Below are positions 26,705 through 41,767 of a stretch of 64,000 nucleotides of DNA, in pieces. How positions within the stretch are numbered: position 1 is the first letter of the stretch; the number at the start of each line of letters is the position of its first letter. The position numbers were made by a program, and so were the translations under genes. The stretch lies in contig NC_045696.1 in assembly GCF_009834535.1 (NCBI RefSeq), positions 99,884,001 to 99,948,000 on the forward strand. Direction: 5' to 3'. The DNA is from Camelus ferus. Taxonomy: Eukaryota. The notes below the pieces were generated by a model. That model searched no databases. It saw nothing but the letters and a program-made list of their open reading frames with translations, and was not told the origin of the DNA.

Positions 26705-28952
26705 ATTTCTGTTTTTTTCAGTTCTTTCATAGTCTTTAACTGTTAAAATTAAAGGGAAAATAAATTGGTTATAATAATTTAATTTCTCAACTTCAGCAAT
26801 TTTGTCCTTTCTTCTAACATTTTGTTTTGGGATCTGTGGGTTATCTTAAAAGGAAAACACCTTTTTAATAAAAATTCTATAAATGCAAATGGATTTTGTC
26901 TATTTCTTATACTTTGACCTTTTTTTTTTTTTTTGCTCCCAAAACAAGTGAGCATTGTACTTAGTGACATGTATGACTGTTCATCCAACTGCCCAGGTCT
27001 TACATTTAGACATCACAGATTTCAATAATTTAAATCATTTAAGGAATCTATGATTTATTTTTAAGAGAAAAAAATAAAGGAACTAAAATCTTGTTAAAGA
27101 AAAGGAGAAAACCATATTATGTCTTGCTGTCTGAGTCAGTATTTTATGACTTATCTGCTAAATATTATTATCAAATTAATTGAAAATGTATTTTCTGGAC
27201 ATTTCCCATTTCATTATAAATATCAGGTTTTTAAAGATCAGTTACAATAGAAATATAAGAGATTTCAAATACAAAAATATGGCATTTTGTCTGAAACAAT
27301 ACCAAATATGATCAAACAATTTTTGATGAATATATAAAAGCTAACATTAATGAGCATGTTTTGGACATTGTGCTAGACTTCTGACATGCAATTCTCATCT
27401 ATTTCAGTGCAAAATGATTATTATAAGCCCAAAGGCACAGATGACAGGAACAATGCTCAGGAAAGTTAAGTAATTTGCCAAATTTTACAGAGCTGTTAGC
27501 TTTTAGTCTACCTTGACAAACGAGATGAGAATATGCTTGCACAAGAAATGGCAGAAGAAGGACTTTTAAAATACACAGAATGAGAATTCAGAAACCTAGG
27601 ATAGAGGTGACTCATCCCTATAACGCTCGAATAAGTTATATTCTCATCAACACTGAGATATCTCTATTTGGAAAACAATACATAAACAGCAACTTGAAAT
27701 CCTTTATCCACTAATAATATACCTCTGGCATCATTCTTGTGAATACCTCTGTGGTTACTACTGCATATAACAGAATAAATAGATAATGAGCAAATCTGGG
27801 GAAAAAATTCTCTTGGAGAGTAAGTTTAGATATTTTGAAGTCACTTTTTAAACTTTGTCAAGCAATAGATTTAGAAAATATTTCCTGGTATCAATAAATC
27901 ATACAAGCTATTTTAGTCTACCATTTAATTGCTTTTTAGAAATTAATTTTAATGTAATTAAAAAATAAACATAACCTCAGGATTCATTTTGGTACCTATA
28001 TCATATTCACAAGTACTTTGAATGTTTTAAAATATATTACACTTTAAGTATGTTGAAAGCTAGCAGTAGAAAATACATAGAAAGGCTAATAGGGAAATTA
28101 AACAATTCTTACTTAAGTGAGTTGTTCAAAACCCAGTTATATGGATTAGGTAACACATACTTTTAATGCCTTTCATGCTGCAGGTGGCAGCAACACTTCA
28201 CATTATCAGCTCTGCTCAGCTATAGCATCAGACTCATGGAAATACAATTTCCACTGAATACTCACTTTGTTCTCTCTGTAATCTGGAAAAGAAAATGTGC
28301 TGATTTTGTATGTAGGAGGGTGAAATTCGATGTTATTTTTTCCTATCCAACAAGAAACAGACCGTTTTTATAGATGCATCATGCACAACACAAAAGATCA
28401 GGAATTACTATTTTTGATTAACAGACTGCATACAATTTTACGATTTCAAACAATTTCGTGAATGTATCTATTCCCATTTTTCCAAGGACACTGAGTAATC
28501 TTCTGTTATCAAATAGTTAGTTATAGGCAACCATAAAGATTAAGCATATAATAATAAGTAGATTCCCAAATCTGATTTGCTGTTTTTCACTTAAGAGCTA
28601 AACAGTCATTGCACAAAATCTAAAACGATTTAGAATCATGCAGGAAATGTCTTCGCTGAGGTCATTTGTGTGCTGCATCTTGATCGTCTTCACAGGAAGT
28701 GTATAGGCAGAGCCACGGCACACACACGGAGTTAAACCTCTTCCAGATTTGGTGATTCAAGGTCATCAAGCAACGGTGAGTAGCCCTGATCACAGATGGG
28801 AACATCCACCATTTCTCACAAAGACTTTTAAGATGATAAAGTGATACAAACACAAAAGTGGTAATGAATATTCTATCCAGAATGGTGGGAGGAGGAGCAG
28901 CAGTAGTAGGGAAAACACCATGTAAAATACGGCACAATCAACTTTATCCCGT

Positions 28953-29158
28953 AGGGGTGATTTTCAACCCAGGCTGAGTGTTCAAATCACACTTTTAAAA
29001 ATACCAGTGTGGGTAGATTTTTTTAAAATACCAATGCCCCAGGCCTCATTCCAGAACAATTAAGTCAAAATCCTTACAAATGTCCCCTGGGCCAATGTAT
29101 TCTGTGTTAAAAATATTTCTGGTAATACAAATGCTTAACCAGTGTTGCAAATGATTTC
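28953..29158. mobile_element. MER5-type hAT-Charlie relic
   Basis: TTTTCAACCCAGGCTG..TTTTAAAATACCAATGCCCCAGGCCTCATTCCAGA..AATTAAGTCAAAATC resembles MER5B. Confidence 0.55.
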
Positions 29159-30410
29159 CTATTCAACACAAAAATAGTATAAACTTTCTTTTTAAGTCCA
29201 GATCCCAAATTTGGCATTCAAAAACTTGAGTAATTCGTCTCTAGTTTACCTACATAAACTTTCCGGTAGTGTAAGCCCTTTAGAGCACACTCCTGTCCCT
29301 CTGGGATCCTCCTGCGTATCCCTAGCCTGCTGCCCTCGAATCGTATTTCCAATGTACTGAGTGACTGCAAAATCACAGTGACAATGGTGGTATCATCTAC
29401 ATATCGGCAGAATTCTTTAAAGTATTTTAAAGCACCTCCGCACATATGAATGACCTGAGCAGGGCCTCGCAAGAAAATAGTTTCAATTGTGCAGAGTTTG
29501 TGGATGACTAGGTACAACTTCCAAATATTGCGGTTAAAGACTTTTCTACTTCACATCCTGAGGTCCTTCTACCATAACATTAAAAAACGATTAATAAATA
29601 TGTAAAATGCTCAGCAATGGTGAATATAGATGAATAAATATGGTTCACACAAAAAATGGTATTCTGTCTTCTTAAAGTTAGATTGTAAGTCAGCCAGACG
29701 TTAGAATACATAGATATATGGACAGAGAGGATAGAAAATATCTATATTATAGTAGGTAAAGGAAAAGCAAGGTACTTCGCAGAAGTATGCAGAATTATGA
29801 TCATTTTTTTGGTAAAATCAAAGATAATTACATGTGAGTTGTAGGTAAAAAGAGAAAGAGAAGAGAGAGAAGGGCAAAAGGTTAAATTTTCTATTTGCTC
29901 TAGCAGAAGCAGACGCATGCAATTATAGAAGACATATAAAATGTTTTCAGATATATGTTTAAAAGCATGACAGGCAGAATATAGGTCTATCTTATGGACC
30001 TACGTCTATTCAAAAACTAATTGTTTTCTCAGCTCCTTTGTATCCAGGGATCCCCACATAATGCAGATCTTGTCAATGAAAGATAACTGGAAGTCTATTA
30101 GGGCTCGCAGTAAATCCTCTGTTTCTCTGTTAACAAAGACAAATGTGGTTGGCTATTTTTCTGCCCACTTTTTCCTTTTTGGAACCTGATGTGATGCCTG
30201 GAAATACAGCACCAATTTTAATGAGTCACCAAGCTCATACTCGAAGAATGGCAACTCAAATAATAGAAGGAATATGGGTCTTTGATGATATGATGTAGCT
30301 CGTATAACTGTCCTGAACTATCTCCAAAATTAAGTGATTGAGATTATTATTGTGCTTAAGAGATCATTGATTGCTTAAGCCACTAGTATTTAAATAGACT
30401 GTAACATGAA

Positions 30411-30973
30411 TCATAGCAGCACTATTTACAATAGCCAAGACATGGAAACACCCTAAATGTCCATCAACAGATGACTGGATAAAGAAGTTGTGGTATCTTT
30501 ATTCAATGCAATACTATTCAGCCATAAAAACCAACAACATAATGCCATTTGCATTATGTATGCATAGCAACATGTATGTTCCTGGAGAATGTCATTCTAA
30601 GTGAAGTAAGCCAGAAAGAGAAAGAAAAATACCATATGAGATTGCTCATATGTGGAATCTAAAAAAAACAAAACAAAACATAAATACAAAATAGAAACAG
30701 ACTCATAGACATAGAATACAAACCTTGGGTTGCCAAGGGGGCAGGAGGTGGGAAGGGACAGACTGGGAGTTCAAAATGTTGAATAAACAAGATTGTACTG
30801 TATGGCACAGGGAAATATATACAAGATCTTGTGGTAGCTCACAGCGAAAAAAAAATGTGACAATGAATATATGTATGTTCATGTGTAACTTAAAAATTGT
30901 GCTGTACACTGGAATTTGACACAACATTGTAAAATGACTATAACTCAATAAAAAAAGTTTAAAAAAAGAAAAA
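30411..30973 (+). mobile_element. Relatively young 5'-truncated LINE-1 with poly-A and 20-bp target-site duplication
   Basis: Starts TCATAGCAGCACTATTTACAATAGCCAAGACATGG; duplication TAAATAGACTGTAA(C/T)ATGAA at 30391-30410 and 30974-30993 (19/20 identical). Confidence 0.93.
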
Positions 30974-30999
30974 TAAATAGACTGTAATATGAAGCTGAA

Positions 31000-31980
31000 A
31001 ATATGGCTGTATGATATAATTTAGAAAATTAAAATATGATTTAAAGTCACATATAAACAGAAATTTAGATATAAAAATAAAACCATAAAATTTTAGAAGA
31101 TTAAGAGTTTCTGTTTTGCAAAACACAACAGGAATTAAGACAAAGGAAAAAAAGTTGCAACATAAAACAAGACACAGATAGTGCTAATTTATAATGAGGA
31201 AAGTGCTTCTACCAGTATATGAGCCAAATATTTTAAAAGAAAAGAGGCATAACAATGAACATAAAATTCATTTAAAATATTAGGGGCCAGTAAAAAATAA
31301 AATTATGTTCAAGTACATCTATTAAAGAAATGAATCAGATTAGAAAAGATTCAAAAGTTTAAGTTACTCATTGTTACCAAGTGCTCAGGAAGCAGCACTT
31401 TTTACACACTCTTGGTAGAAGAGTAAATTGATATCAATCAGGAGGAAATTTTGGCATCAAGTGTAAAAAATGTTAAATGTACATTTTAGTTGAGCTAGCA
31501 ACTTGGTTTTCTTGGAATATATTTTAAATAACCAAAAAAGTTCTCACAGATACAGACATGGTGCTAGTTGCAAAACTGTTTAAACATTCACAATAAAAAT
31601 GAATGGAGATATGCTAATTGTTCACAAATGACAGATTAGTTTATAAATAATTGTTCACAAATAGAAGGGAATTTTCTTTCTTAAAATTAGATAGACTGAT
31701 ATCCATTTAGATGGGGGACAGGAGATGGGGGCAAAAGATAGCAAAGGAGGATGGAAAATATTTCTAATATTCAAAGTAGAGGAAAAGCAAGTTACTTAGC
31801 ATAACTATGCAGAACTATGATTCTTTTTTTGTAAAAAAAATAGTAATTATATACAATAAGATATTCTTAAATTAACAAATTGGGAAGAATACATTTCAAA
31901 AATTTAATAGTGATTATTTCAGGGTTGGGAAGGCATAATGAGGGAATTATTATTTTATGTACTTCTGAAATGTCTGAATA
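31000..31980 (+). mobile_element. Ancient L1M/L1ME 3' region
   Basis: Degenerate L1 ORF2-end and 3'UTR motifs (TACACACTCTTGGTAGAAGAGTAAATTG; GGAAAAGCAAGTTAC; TTAATAGTGATTATTTCAGGG). Confidence 0.5.
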
Positions 31981-34900
31981 AACCCAGTGCATACCTATAC
32001 ACACACACCACACGTACACACAACCCCTCCCCCACATACAATGGGTAAAGTGAAACTATCTTTAAACACAATTATTCAGATTTGCCTCATAGGGAAAATC
32101 TGTGACATATTCTTAAATTCATAGAAAAAATATTAATGATAAAATTAAGAAAAATAAGAACTTTTTTTTCTTATGACTATTTCCAAACTTCTCCTTTCAA
32201 TGGTGTTCTAAACAAGCCCATCCTTTATGTGTATCTATTCCTATTTTTTCCATTGATTTGTTTGCCATAATGTCCAGTCCATGTACCAGATTTCCTGGGA
32301 TCTATGATACTACCCAACATATTTAAATTCTAGCCTGTTAATATTCCCCTTCACATAATTCAGTAGCAGTCAAATTTAATATTGTATCAATGGACACTGA
32401 GTACTCAAGATGGGAAAGGATGAATATCCTTTTGTCAAAATACTAAATAGGACAAAATTTGCATTCCGAAGTCACCTGGTATCTAATTTATCATTAATAC
32501 ACATTTAATCTTTTTTATTACTAGCTTATTTTCTGCCCACATAAGAAATGCAGTCAGAAGTTAAATTGGCAAGGGAAGTTCATCGCTTAGTGGACTGCTT
32601 TCAAGATTCATATGAAACATCAAAGTGAAGGAAATTGGCAGGTACTCTCAGGAGAGAGTTTCAGCTCAAACGTTTAAATCTGAGAATTGAAGCCATGAGA
32701 ACACAACTTAACCTACTGAAAATACATTGCATGAAAAGAGAAAAGAGTCAGAAGCAGAAGGAAGCCTTGGGAACACCATGGTTTAAAACTTCGAAGAGGA
32801 AGAATTGTCCACAAAGGACAGAGCTGAACTACTTAGAGACCAGTGGGAAGGACAACACAGAACAATGCTACAGCAACTAAGAGAGTGAACATTTCTATGA
32901 GGGGCGTACTGATTAACCACGTTCAATGCTACATTGAGTTTCTTTTTTGTAAGACATGATTTAGTTATTTTCTTTGGATTTAGGCCTTCAAATATTGTTA
33001 GGTCTTAGAGAAGGTAGTATTAAATGCATTTTGTTAAGGGTCTTAATTTAGTGTGGGCATGATGAAAAGAAAGAAATAGAGGAAATGAGTGAAGAATGTT
33101 TTTAAGTAACTAAAAAACTTGGAATTAATATAGGCAGCAAATATCCGCAATCACAAGGATCTGGAAGAGGATGGTAATGTCAGGTCTTAATTGAGCAGGG
33201 AGTGTTATGCTGCAGAATCATTATGGGAGATTACATAAGCAAGCCCATAGAATAATATGCCAAAAACAACACACAAAAAAATCAGGTGGATAAACCTGTT
33301 ATTCTGATAAAAGTGGGATACTTCTTCCAGAATCAAGAGCATAGACATTGATTAATCTGAGCTAAAAGGATGAACCTCAAATACTATTTTACAGAGTGAT
33401 AGTAAGAGAAAAGGAACAGAGAAGAACTAGCTGTAGAATTCTGGCTTCCAACTTTTCAGTGAATTGTTCCACAGTGTTTACATCTAAATCCAGACATCAT
33501 GGCACCATATCAGATTTTGGAAAATATAATGTATCAATTAAAGTCAGTAGATCAAATTTTAATTACTTACACCCTAATTATACAGTTAGAAAGCAATTCT
33601 GAAGAGACATGTGGCCTGGAGTTTTACATATTATTTTTATATTAAAATAATGTTTATTGATCACACAAAAGGAAGATATTATTTCTTCCTGTGTATTTAC
33701 GACTGCCAGTGTTGAACTAATTAGTCACCAAATGCTATAAATTCTATTCTTTTTTTATCTTTCAGTTTTCTCTCTTCATCTCCATTTCTACTATCACACG
33801 ATCTTATTTCTGAACGTGCTAACTTAGGTCCCTGGCACAAACCCCTCCTTCCTACAATCCATTTTCCATAGAACTGATAGATTGGCTTTTTAAAGAGGGT
33901 GTCTCAAAATGTCTCTTTCAGTGCAAAACAACTAAAAATAAGAATTTATCTCCCTTTTCTCCTAAACCTCTAATAAAATTATAGTAAAGAAGATACTAAT
34001 GGGTAAAACAGAGCCAGCAAAAGGCATTCCAGTACACATGAACAATGGACAGTGGAGAAAAGCCCTTAATTCCAGGGAGGTCCCTGGATCACAGACAGCA
34101 GCGTCATGCAAGCTGGGAGTAGGAAGAATGTTTAAAAACAGGGTTAATTAAAAGTCTGTCTTCTGAAATATTATGCTAGTTAAGTTCCCTATCCTGACCT
34201 CTTTCCAACCCCTCCTTTTTCTCCACACGCACAGAACAATATACAGCCCAACTTTATGCTCCCAGGCATCTTAATAGCACTCTTAAAGAATTTAACTAAC
34301 TGCATGAGCATAAGGTTTCTAATGTAGTTGTATGGATTCCAGTACCACGGAGTGAAGCTCTCCCCATTTTAGCATCCAAACAGTGGTTTCCCCATCTTCT
34401 CACCCTAAAGGTGTCCTTACAGTTCATACTGGAGCACCTAACCCTAGTCTTACACGTGGGAGAGAGCTAGCAGAGGCACATGACAACGGTTACTGGTCTT
34501 CTGTTCTCAAATATGAATGAACTGAGGATTGCCAAATATATGGAGAAACAAAAGACTAAATAAACAAAAAAATTGCTGACCAAAGAGAAACAAATGAAAG
34601 CCAGGGAACAGAAGAGAACTCTAAAAACAAAACCAGTGTATACTGAGGAATTTGAAAAATTAATACATCCAATGAAAAACAGCAGGCTGTGAAAAACCAA
34701 ATAAAAGTAAGAGCTCTTGTTATTTTAACATATTACTACATTCCTGGAACCCCTGTGGTTTAGTGTCATAATCTGGAAAAACCCGAATTTTCTATTTGTA
34801 CTAAGATTTTTTAGCTCCCTTTCCAGGAAATATTTATTAGAAGTACTAATAAGTAGCATAATTAGCAAATTTTAAATAGTAAATCTTTCATTCTTAGATG

Positions 34901-36359
34901 AAGGCAAATAATAGCAATAAAGTTATCATTAACCAAAAAGAGAAAAAGTAAGCAAAGGCTTATACATAAACAAAATATACAATCACTTACTGAATGTTTT
35001 ATTTACATGTCTTTAATAAACGTGTCTGTCATTCCTGTGTACTTTGGCATAAGAATTAAGAGCCACATTTGCACATAAAAATAAAATAAAAGCGTTTAAT
35101 TCCTTTTCTGTATTATTTCATAGAACTATAAAAGAATAAAATTATAAATGCAAAATCCCTATAAATAATCCATATAAACAATTGACAAACTGCTAGTTCC
35201 TCTCTTAGATTTTAATGTTACTATCTCTGAAACAAATGCAGAATCCTAACAAATAAGCGTATTATAAAAACTTTTCAACCTACAGGAAATTAATATGTTC
35301 TTTACCTAGTTTTTTTTTTTACCATTTTTAAATTTTAAACATATGTACTGTTTCTACTTACCTACAGTCTTTAATAACTATTATGAATGGACTATGCAAC
35401 TATATATGAGTCAAATGTATAAAAGCATTACTGTACTGCTTTATATTGTCATTAACATACATTTTATAAAAATTAATAACAGGAATAAAGCATAATGGAT
35501 TAAAAATGTGTATTAAATAATTATAGAAAGAGATATGGTGATTGATTCTCAAAGTAAACACTATACTACAAAGTTTTATGACTGTCTATTGTGGGAAGTA
35601 AAATATAGTTTTGTTCCTGATATATACATTAGAGTAAATTAGAGGTGCACATTAGATTTCTTCCAATAACATAGGGTTTACTATGTGCATTTATGAATGC
35701 AAAAAGTTTTACACGGGTGCATCACTCAATGCTTTATGCCTGGTTGTGACTTCCAGAGAATGCCAAAATGCAAATCCTTTTGCAGGATGGAACACTTCAG
35801 CTATTCAAATAGCAAATGGGACAGTGGTGAGGGCTAAGGAGGCATCAACAATCACCACACTGCTGGAAGATTTGGATTCCTGCCCTTCATAAATTTGTGC
35901 ACAATTACAAAAACACAAACACAAAAACAAACAAACCTGTACATCTGTTAGCCTCACAACAGAGGGAAGCAGTGAAATCTGTTAACAAGTTAAAACATCA
36001 TTACAAAACTTTTCAAATTGAATTTTGAAGCAGAAGGCATGAAAATATCTACATTTTATGTAATCTGAGGTTGATGTGCTTGATTCAAATTCAGCTATGC
36101 TCTAAGCACTTCTATCTCCCTACGTTTATTTATACACATCCCCACCCCAGCACATTTTCACATTTTCCTGCCTACCCAAACAGAATGCCAAAACTGCTTC
36201 TGCCTCAAAATCCTCCTCTGATTTTTGCTCAGTCTATATTACTTTCTCCATCCTCTTCATGTCAAAATGTATAGTTATCATGAAAATTACCATGCTATAT
36301 TGTACATTATAACTATTTATCTTCTGTTTATGAGTCACTTCTTACATTTTTTTCATTTT

Positions 36360-37545
36360 TTAATTTCTCTTTTTTATTGAAGTATAGTTGACATACAATA
36401 TTACGTTAGTTTCAGGAGTAGAACATAGTGATTTGACATTTCTATACATTACGAATAAGTCTAGTAACCATATGTCACCATACAAAGTTATTGGAACATT
36501 ATTGACTATGTTCCCTGTGCTCTACATTATATCCCAGTGGCTTATTTACTTTATAACTGGAAGTTTGTACCTCGTAATCCGCTTAACCTATTTCTTCCCA
36601 CCCTCCAACCCTCCCCTCTCTGGCAGCTACCAATTTGTTCTCTGTATCTATGAGTATGTTTCTGTTTTGTTTTGTTCTTTGTTTTTTTAGATTCCACATA
36701 TAAGTGAAACCATATGGTGTTTATCTTTCTAGTCTGACTTAATTCCACTTAGCATAATAGCCTCTAGGTCCATCAATGTTACCACAAATGGCAAGATTTT
36801 TTTTTCTTTTTCTGGCTAATATTCCATTGTATAAAGATACCATATTTTCTTTATTCATTCACCCATCAAATGGACATTTAAGTTTAAGTTGCTTCCATAT
36901 CTTAGCTATTGTAAATATTGCTGCAATGAACATAAGGGTGAATATACTTCTTTGAATTAGTGCTTTCATTTTCTTCAGATAAATATTCAGAAGTGTATTT
37001 ACTAGATCATACGGAAGTTCTGTTTTCATTCTTTGAAGAATCTCCATATAATTTCTGTAATGGCTACATTGATTTACAATCCCACCAACGGTGCATGAGG
37101 GATCCCTTTTCTCTAAATCCTTGCCAACAAGTTTTTTTTCTTGTATTCTTGACAATAGTGAGAGGTGACATCTCATTGTAGTTTTAATTTGTGATTTCCC
37201 TGATCAGTGATGTTGAGCATCTTTTCATGTGTCTGTTGGCCATCTGTACATCTTCCTTGGAAAAATGTCTACTCAGGTCCTCTGCTAATTTTTTAAACAG
37301 ATTGTTATGGGTTTTTTTTAATATTAAAATGTATGAGTTCTTTATATATTTTGAATATTAACCCCTGATCAGATACATCATTTGCAAATATTTTCTCTCA
37401 TAGTATGTTGCCTTTTTTTCTTTTTAGTAATTTCCTTCTCTATGCAAAAGCTTTCTAGTATGACATAGTATCATTTATTTTTTCTTTTGTTGTCCTCGCC
37501 TGAGGAGAGAGATAAAAAAATATTGCTAAGATTGATGTCAAAGCA
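36360..37545 (-). mobile_element. LINE-1 3' portion, antisense
   Basis: Poly-T then TTTATTGAAGTATAGTTGACATACAA; minus ORF 36859-37176 (ELPYDLVNTLLNIY..MFIAAIFTIAKIWKQ..CP) is the ORF2 C-terminus. Confidence 0.92.
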
Positions 37546-38070
37546 AATAAAGATTGAAGGGAGTATAATTCAAGTTACATGTAAGGAATGTGGCTGGTTA
37601 GTGCATTGTGTTCATCTTTCCAAGGGGATACATTTACCCCCTGGTTTGTCTAGTTTGCTGTACTTTCGCCCACTATATACAATGGCTCATTTAATGGGAA
37701 AATTCTCATTCCAAAATAGGGCCTAACAAAAATGAGAAAGAGTTACTATGTATTAGGGAACCTACCAAGCACTCTATAGTAACTACTCTGACTCTAGTAT
37801 CTTTATAATATTATCTCCACTTAAGAGATGAGACAAAATATGAGGAAACCGAGGCAGAGAGGTGGTGCTGGTGTACACTATCTTCCCTGCAGAGTTTTCA
37901 CCCTCGAGTCAGCACCAAGTCAGCAATGTTCACGCACCATATTTAGACGTATGTGAACAACTAGTAGTGAATGTTAAGGAGTCTGAGACTTTGGCGTAGT
38001 CCATTGGCCAATTAGGTCAATGAATGTAGCTGTGAACATACATGCATCTATACATATATTTGTGTGTGCA

Positions 38071-38072
<2 letters not shown>

Positions 38073-38109
<37 letters not shown>
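38073..38109. repeat. (TG)n microsatellite, about 18 units
   Basis: Uninterrupted TG run. Confidence 0.95.
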
Positions 38110-38111
<2 letters not shown>

Positions 38112-41100
38112 CCATTCAGGCATGAGGTCATCAACTTAGAAAAATTTTTCTTTTTGAGAATGAGGGTGGAGAAGTACTAATGATGCCATCTAGTTTCTGG
38201 GAGCCATAAAAGATGAAGGCGTCTACTGACGGATCTGTCCTCATCCTTTCCTTTCATTTCCTGTGTGACCTACACTAGGTGGCTAAGGAAAAGGCAAGGT
38301 AGCTGTGCCGAAGTGGTAGACTACATTTATCTCATATAGAGATTCTTTTCCCTGACGGGCATAATGAAAGAGGACTTCTTATATTTTGCCGCAGAATGAG
38401 CCTTTCAAACAAACACATCCTGTAAACTCAACTAAACTGAGAAACTTACACATTAGAATCATGGCTACTTTCCATAGTAAAACAAAAGCAAAGCTGAGCT
38501 GCTAGGTTGGCGATATCTCCCTTCCAAAGAACCTCATTATCTGAATTAATTCTGAGCCACTTTACTGTCCAACAATCCTAGTCAGGCAGACTGAGATCTC
38601 CTTGGAGAAGCTTCCCTCATTCCCTAGATGTCACCTTTCATCCTCAGTGGGCCTCCTTATTGAGCATTCCTAAGACAGAGGAGGTAGGCCTAGAGAAACG
38701 CGGGAACCCCCAGGATCCAGTCAACAGGAGGGGACCTGGGCGGATACCGGCGCTGCTCTGTTCCAAGTCCCACAAGTAAAAATTTACCTAGATATTCAGA
38801 TATCTCTCAAAACACACCAGCTCAACCTAAATTAACTTACTTACTTGTTCCTCTTCAGTGGTAAAAGTTGGACTATAGTAGTCAGGTGACAGACTATGTT
38901 CATTAAAACTACAAATACATAGTTACTAACTGTAATGTTACTAAATAATAAGTGAGATAACAGGAAGAATCCAAATGTAAAATCAGACCCATACAAATAA
39001 GAGATCTTACCCAGTATCAAATTTGACTAGAAATTTTCAAGATACAAAAAGTCCAGTCTCCACCAGAGGTAAAGCAGAAAGAGGGCCAGGAACCCTGACA
39101 CAACTCCCTGGGCTCTTTGCTGCCCCTTCAGGCCACACTCTGGCCAAAAATAACATGACAGACTGCTAGGTGATTTATGCCGCTACATTACTTAACAGAA
39201 GGGAGTTGTTTGGTTTGAAACATCTCCATTTTATACCCAAATAGTTACATAGCTTGTTTGACATTTTCCAGGGAAATGTGCCCCCTAAATCCACAAATTC
39301 TACATTTTCTCACAGTGCAGATCCTAGACGAACCAGCTCCATCCTACGGTAAGCTTTGCATAGATAAGGACTCTCCCTCTAGCAAACAGCACTGGACTTG
39401 TCATCAATATACTTCCAAGGAGATTTGATCTCAGGTCACCTCCTTTCCTGAGGGCTGAGATGGTAAACAGGGAAGAAAATGATGGCAGACTTGCCTCTTA
39501 AACATATCCTCCCCAGACTTAGTGTGAAGTCGTTAAAGATAAATATTAGCACCTTTGTTTCTGTTGCATTATGAAGAACATTCAGGCACATCCCCAGAAA
39601 AGATTACTTGGGGAGTTTTTTTTTAAAAAAAATCACTGATTTCTAGTAAATCATTTTATTCCATGTTATTCTGCCATTAAGCTTATAAAGGACAAAGAGT
39701 TAGCTATATTTTAATTAACTAATCCTTAATCCTCAAAAAATTATTCTAGCAACCCAGCATTCATCTCATACAGAGCTGATAAAATTTTTATATGTTGGAA
39801 GACAATGAAAAAGGCTCTGTTCTGACACACTAGAGTATGATTTTAATAATATGTGAAATATAAGTCTCCTTGCAAATTCTCCGTTTTTTCAGTTTTCTAA
39901 TTTTTTGAAAAGACTCATTTAAATTTCATCAGCGTTTTCCTCTATAATTTTTTGGCCTCAACAGTGTGAAAAAAATGACATTTCTAATTTCATTGTATGT
40001 AATTAAGATAAGAACTCTGAACTATCAAAGTTGTTAGTAGAAGCAGTCATAATAATAATGGTAGCAGTAGAAACCACAGTCATCCTAGAACTAATAATTT
40101 AATTGTTGCCCTTTCACAGATCTACAGCTTTATATCATCTCTCTCTCTCTATCCAGTTAGTTAGGTCAAACACTAGCATCTGAGAAGATCCTTTTAGAGT
40201 GGACAACATGTGTTACGTGTGTTTTCCTTACACCCAGACGAAAGGACTTGTAGGAGTACGCAGTACAGAGTGAGGGTGTTTGTGAAAGAACAGCTCTCTC
40301 AGAATCCTGCTATGCTAGCCAGATGCTGGAGAGAGATTCTATGGCTGTTTTCATTTTTAAATAAACCTGAGCCTGGTAGACGGATGATAAAGGCTTGTAC
40401 TGGACATACCTGTCCTAGGAGAGGAGAGGATTTCAATCAGTAGTGCCAGCTCAGCACTGTTTGACTGAGGGTGTGTTTCTGGGCAGCTCTACTGGCTGTG
40501 ATTTCAATGACTAGACACTGCATGGAAGTTGGTTTTTAGCCACTTTTATCTGTCCCTTGCATAAAGAGGTTGGTAACCACTTAACTAGGTACTAGGTAGC
40601 TTGGTCTGTTGGTGAGTCCAACCTTGGCTGCAATGGTTACCTCCTTTTTTAGTGAACAAGGTAAACCTGTGTACCTCTCCTAGTAAAATGTCCAAGTATA
40701 TTTTTCTTTTTGGGGGTGGGAGTACAAAGGAGGCTGCACGTGTAGGCATGGTTGGAGTTACTTTCCATAGAACGTGTACCCGTAGCTGCCAAGGGCCATG
40801 GGCTGGTAGTAGACCTCCTGGCAGATGGGGCAGCTCTACTGCACCTCCAGGCCAAGTTCACTTTTCTCTTTCAGTCTCATTCTTTCTTCCCTCTCTCAGG
40901 CTCTCTCTCTCATATAAAAGTGAGCCCTCCAATTACTTTCTATCATCCAATAAGCAAGAATGGTACAATAGTTTCACAACAACTTCCATGCAGATGGTGA
41001 GAAAATTGTTCCCTGGAGAAACTGAATAGTCAAAGGGAAAAAACTAGATTTTTGGGGTACCTGAAAGAAAACAAATGCAGCTTTCAACCCATTAATCAGA

Positions 41101-41767
41101 CAGTGAGGCAAACAAATCAACAAGGCCTGCCACTGAAATCTGCTATTTTTACTGCCTCTGGCATATATATAAGTGGGTTATCTAAGAATCATCAGACACT
41201 TAAGGAAGGCTTCAGACAAGAGAGACAAAAACAAACAAAAAGGAAAGCAAAACTGGGAAAAAAGAAGAGGCATTGCTGAAAAAAATAGAGAAAAATTCCC
41301 ACACCCATAATTAATATCCTCTGAGACATAAATACAATCTATAAAACAAGAATGGGAAACTATAAGGAAGAACATTTAGTGTGGCGGGGCAGAAGTTGAA
41401 AACATAATAGCAAAATTTTTTTTTAATTCCTTGAATCATAATAGCAAAAGTTTTAAATTAAGTTTGGGCATGAAAGATAAATTGAGAAAAATTTCTCACA
41501 AATTTTAAAAAACAAAAAAATACCAAGAAAGAAAATAGGGAAGAAAGATGTGAGAGGACAGAGGGGAAGGAAAAGGAATAGAATTGAAAGGAAAGAAAAA
41601 GGTGAATTTGAACATCCTGTTAAGAAGGGAATCCAAGTTTACTTTGGCTATACAAAAACAACAGAAGTAAAACCAATTAATCACCAAAGTAGTCATTAGT
41701 AAAAGGTTTTTGTGCACAAACTAAAAAGACAGTTTCAGAATTAAGGAAACTCAAATCAAATATTGAA

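Noticed and set aside
25784..26732. Transposase ORFs as a domesticated TIGD-like gene
   Set aside because: Fragmented by stops, frameshifts and deletions and 3'-truncated; an ordinary Tigger1 fossil.
38695..38760. Small CpG-rich patch as a promoter remnant
   Set aside because: Under 100 bp and no convincing alignment to the PLSCR1 island.
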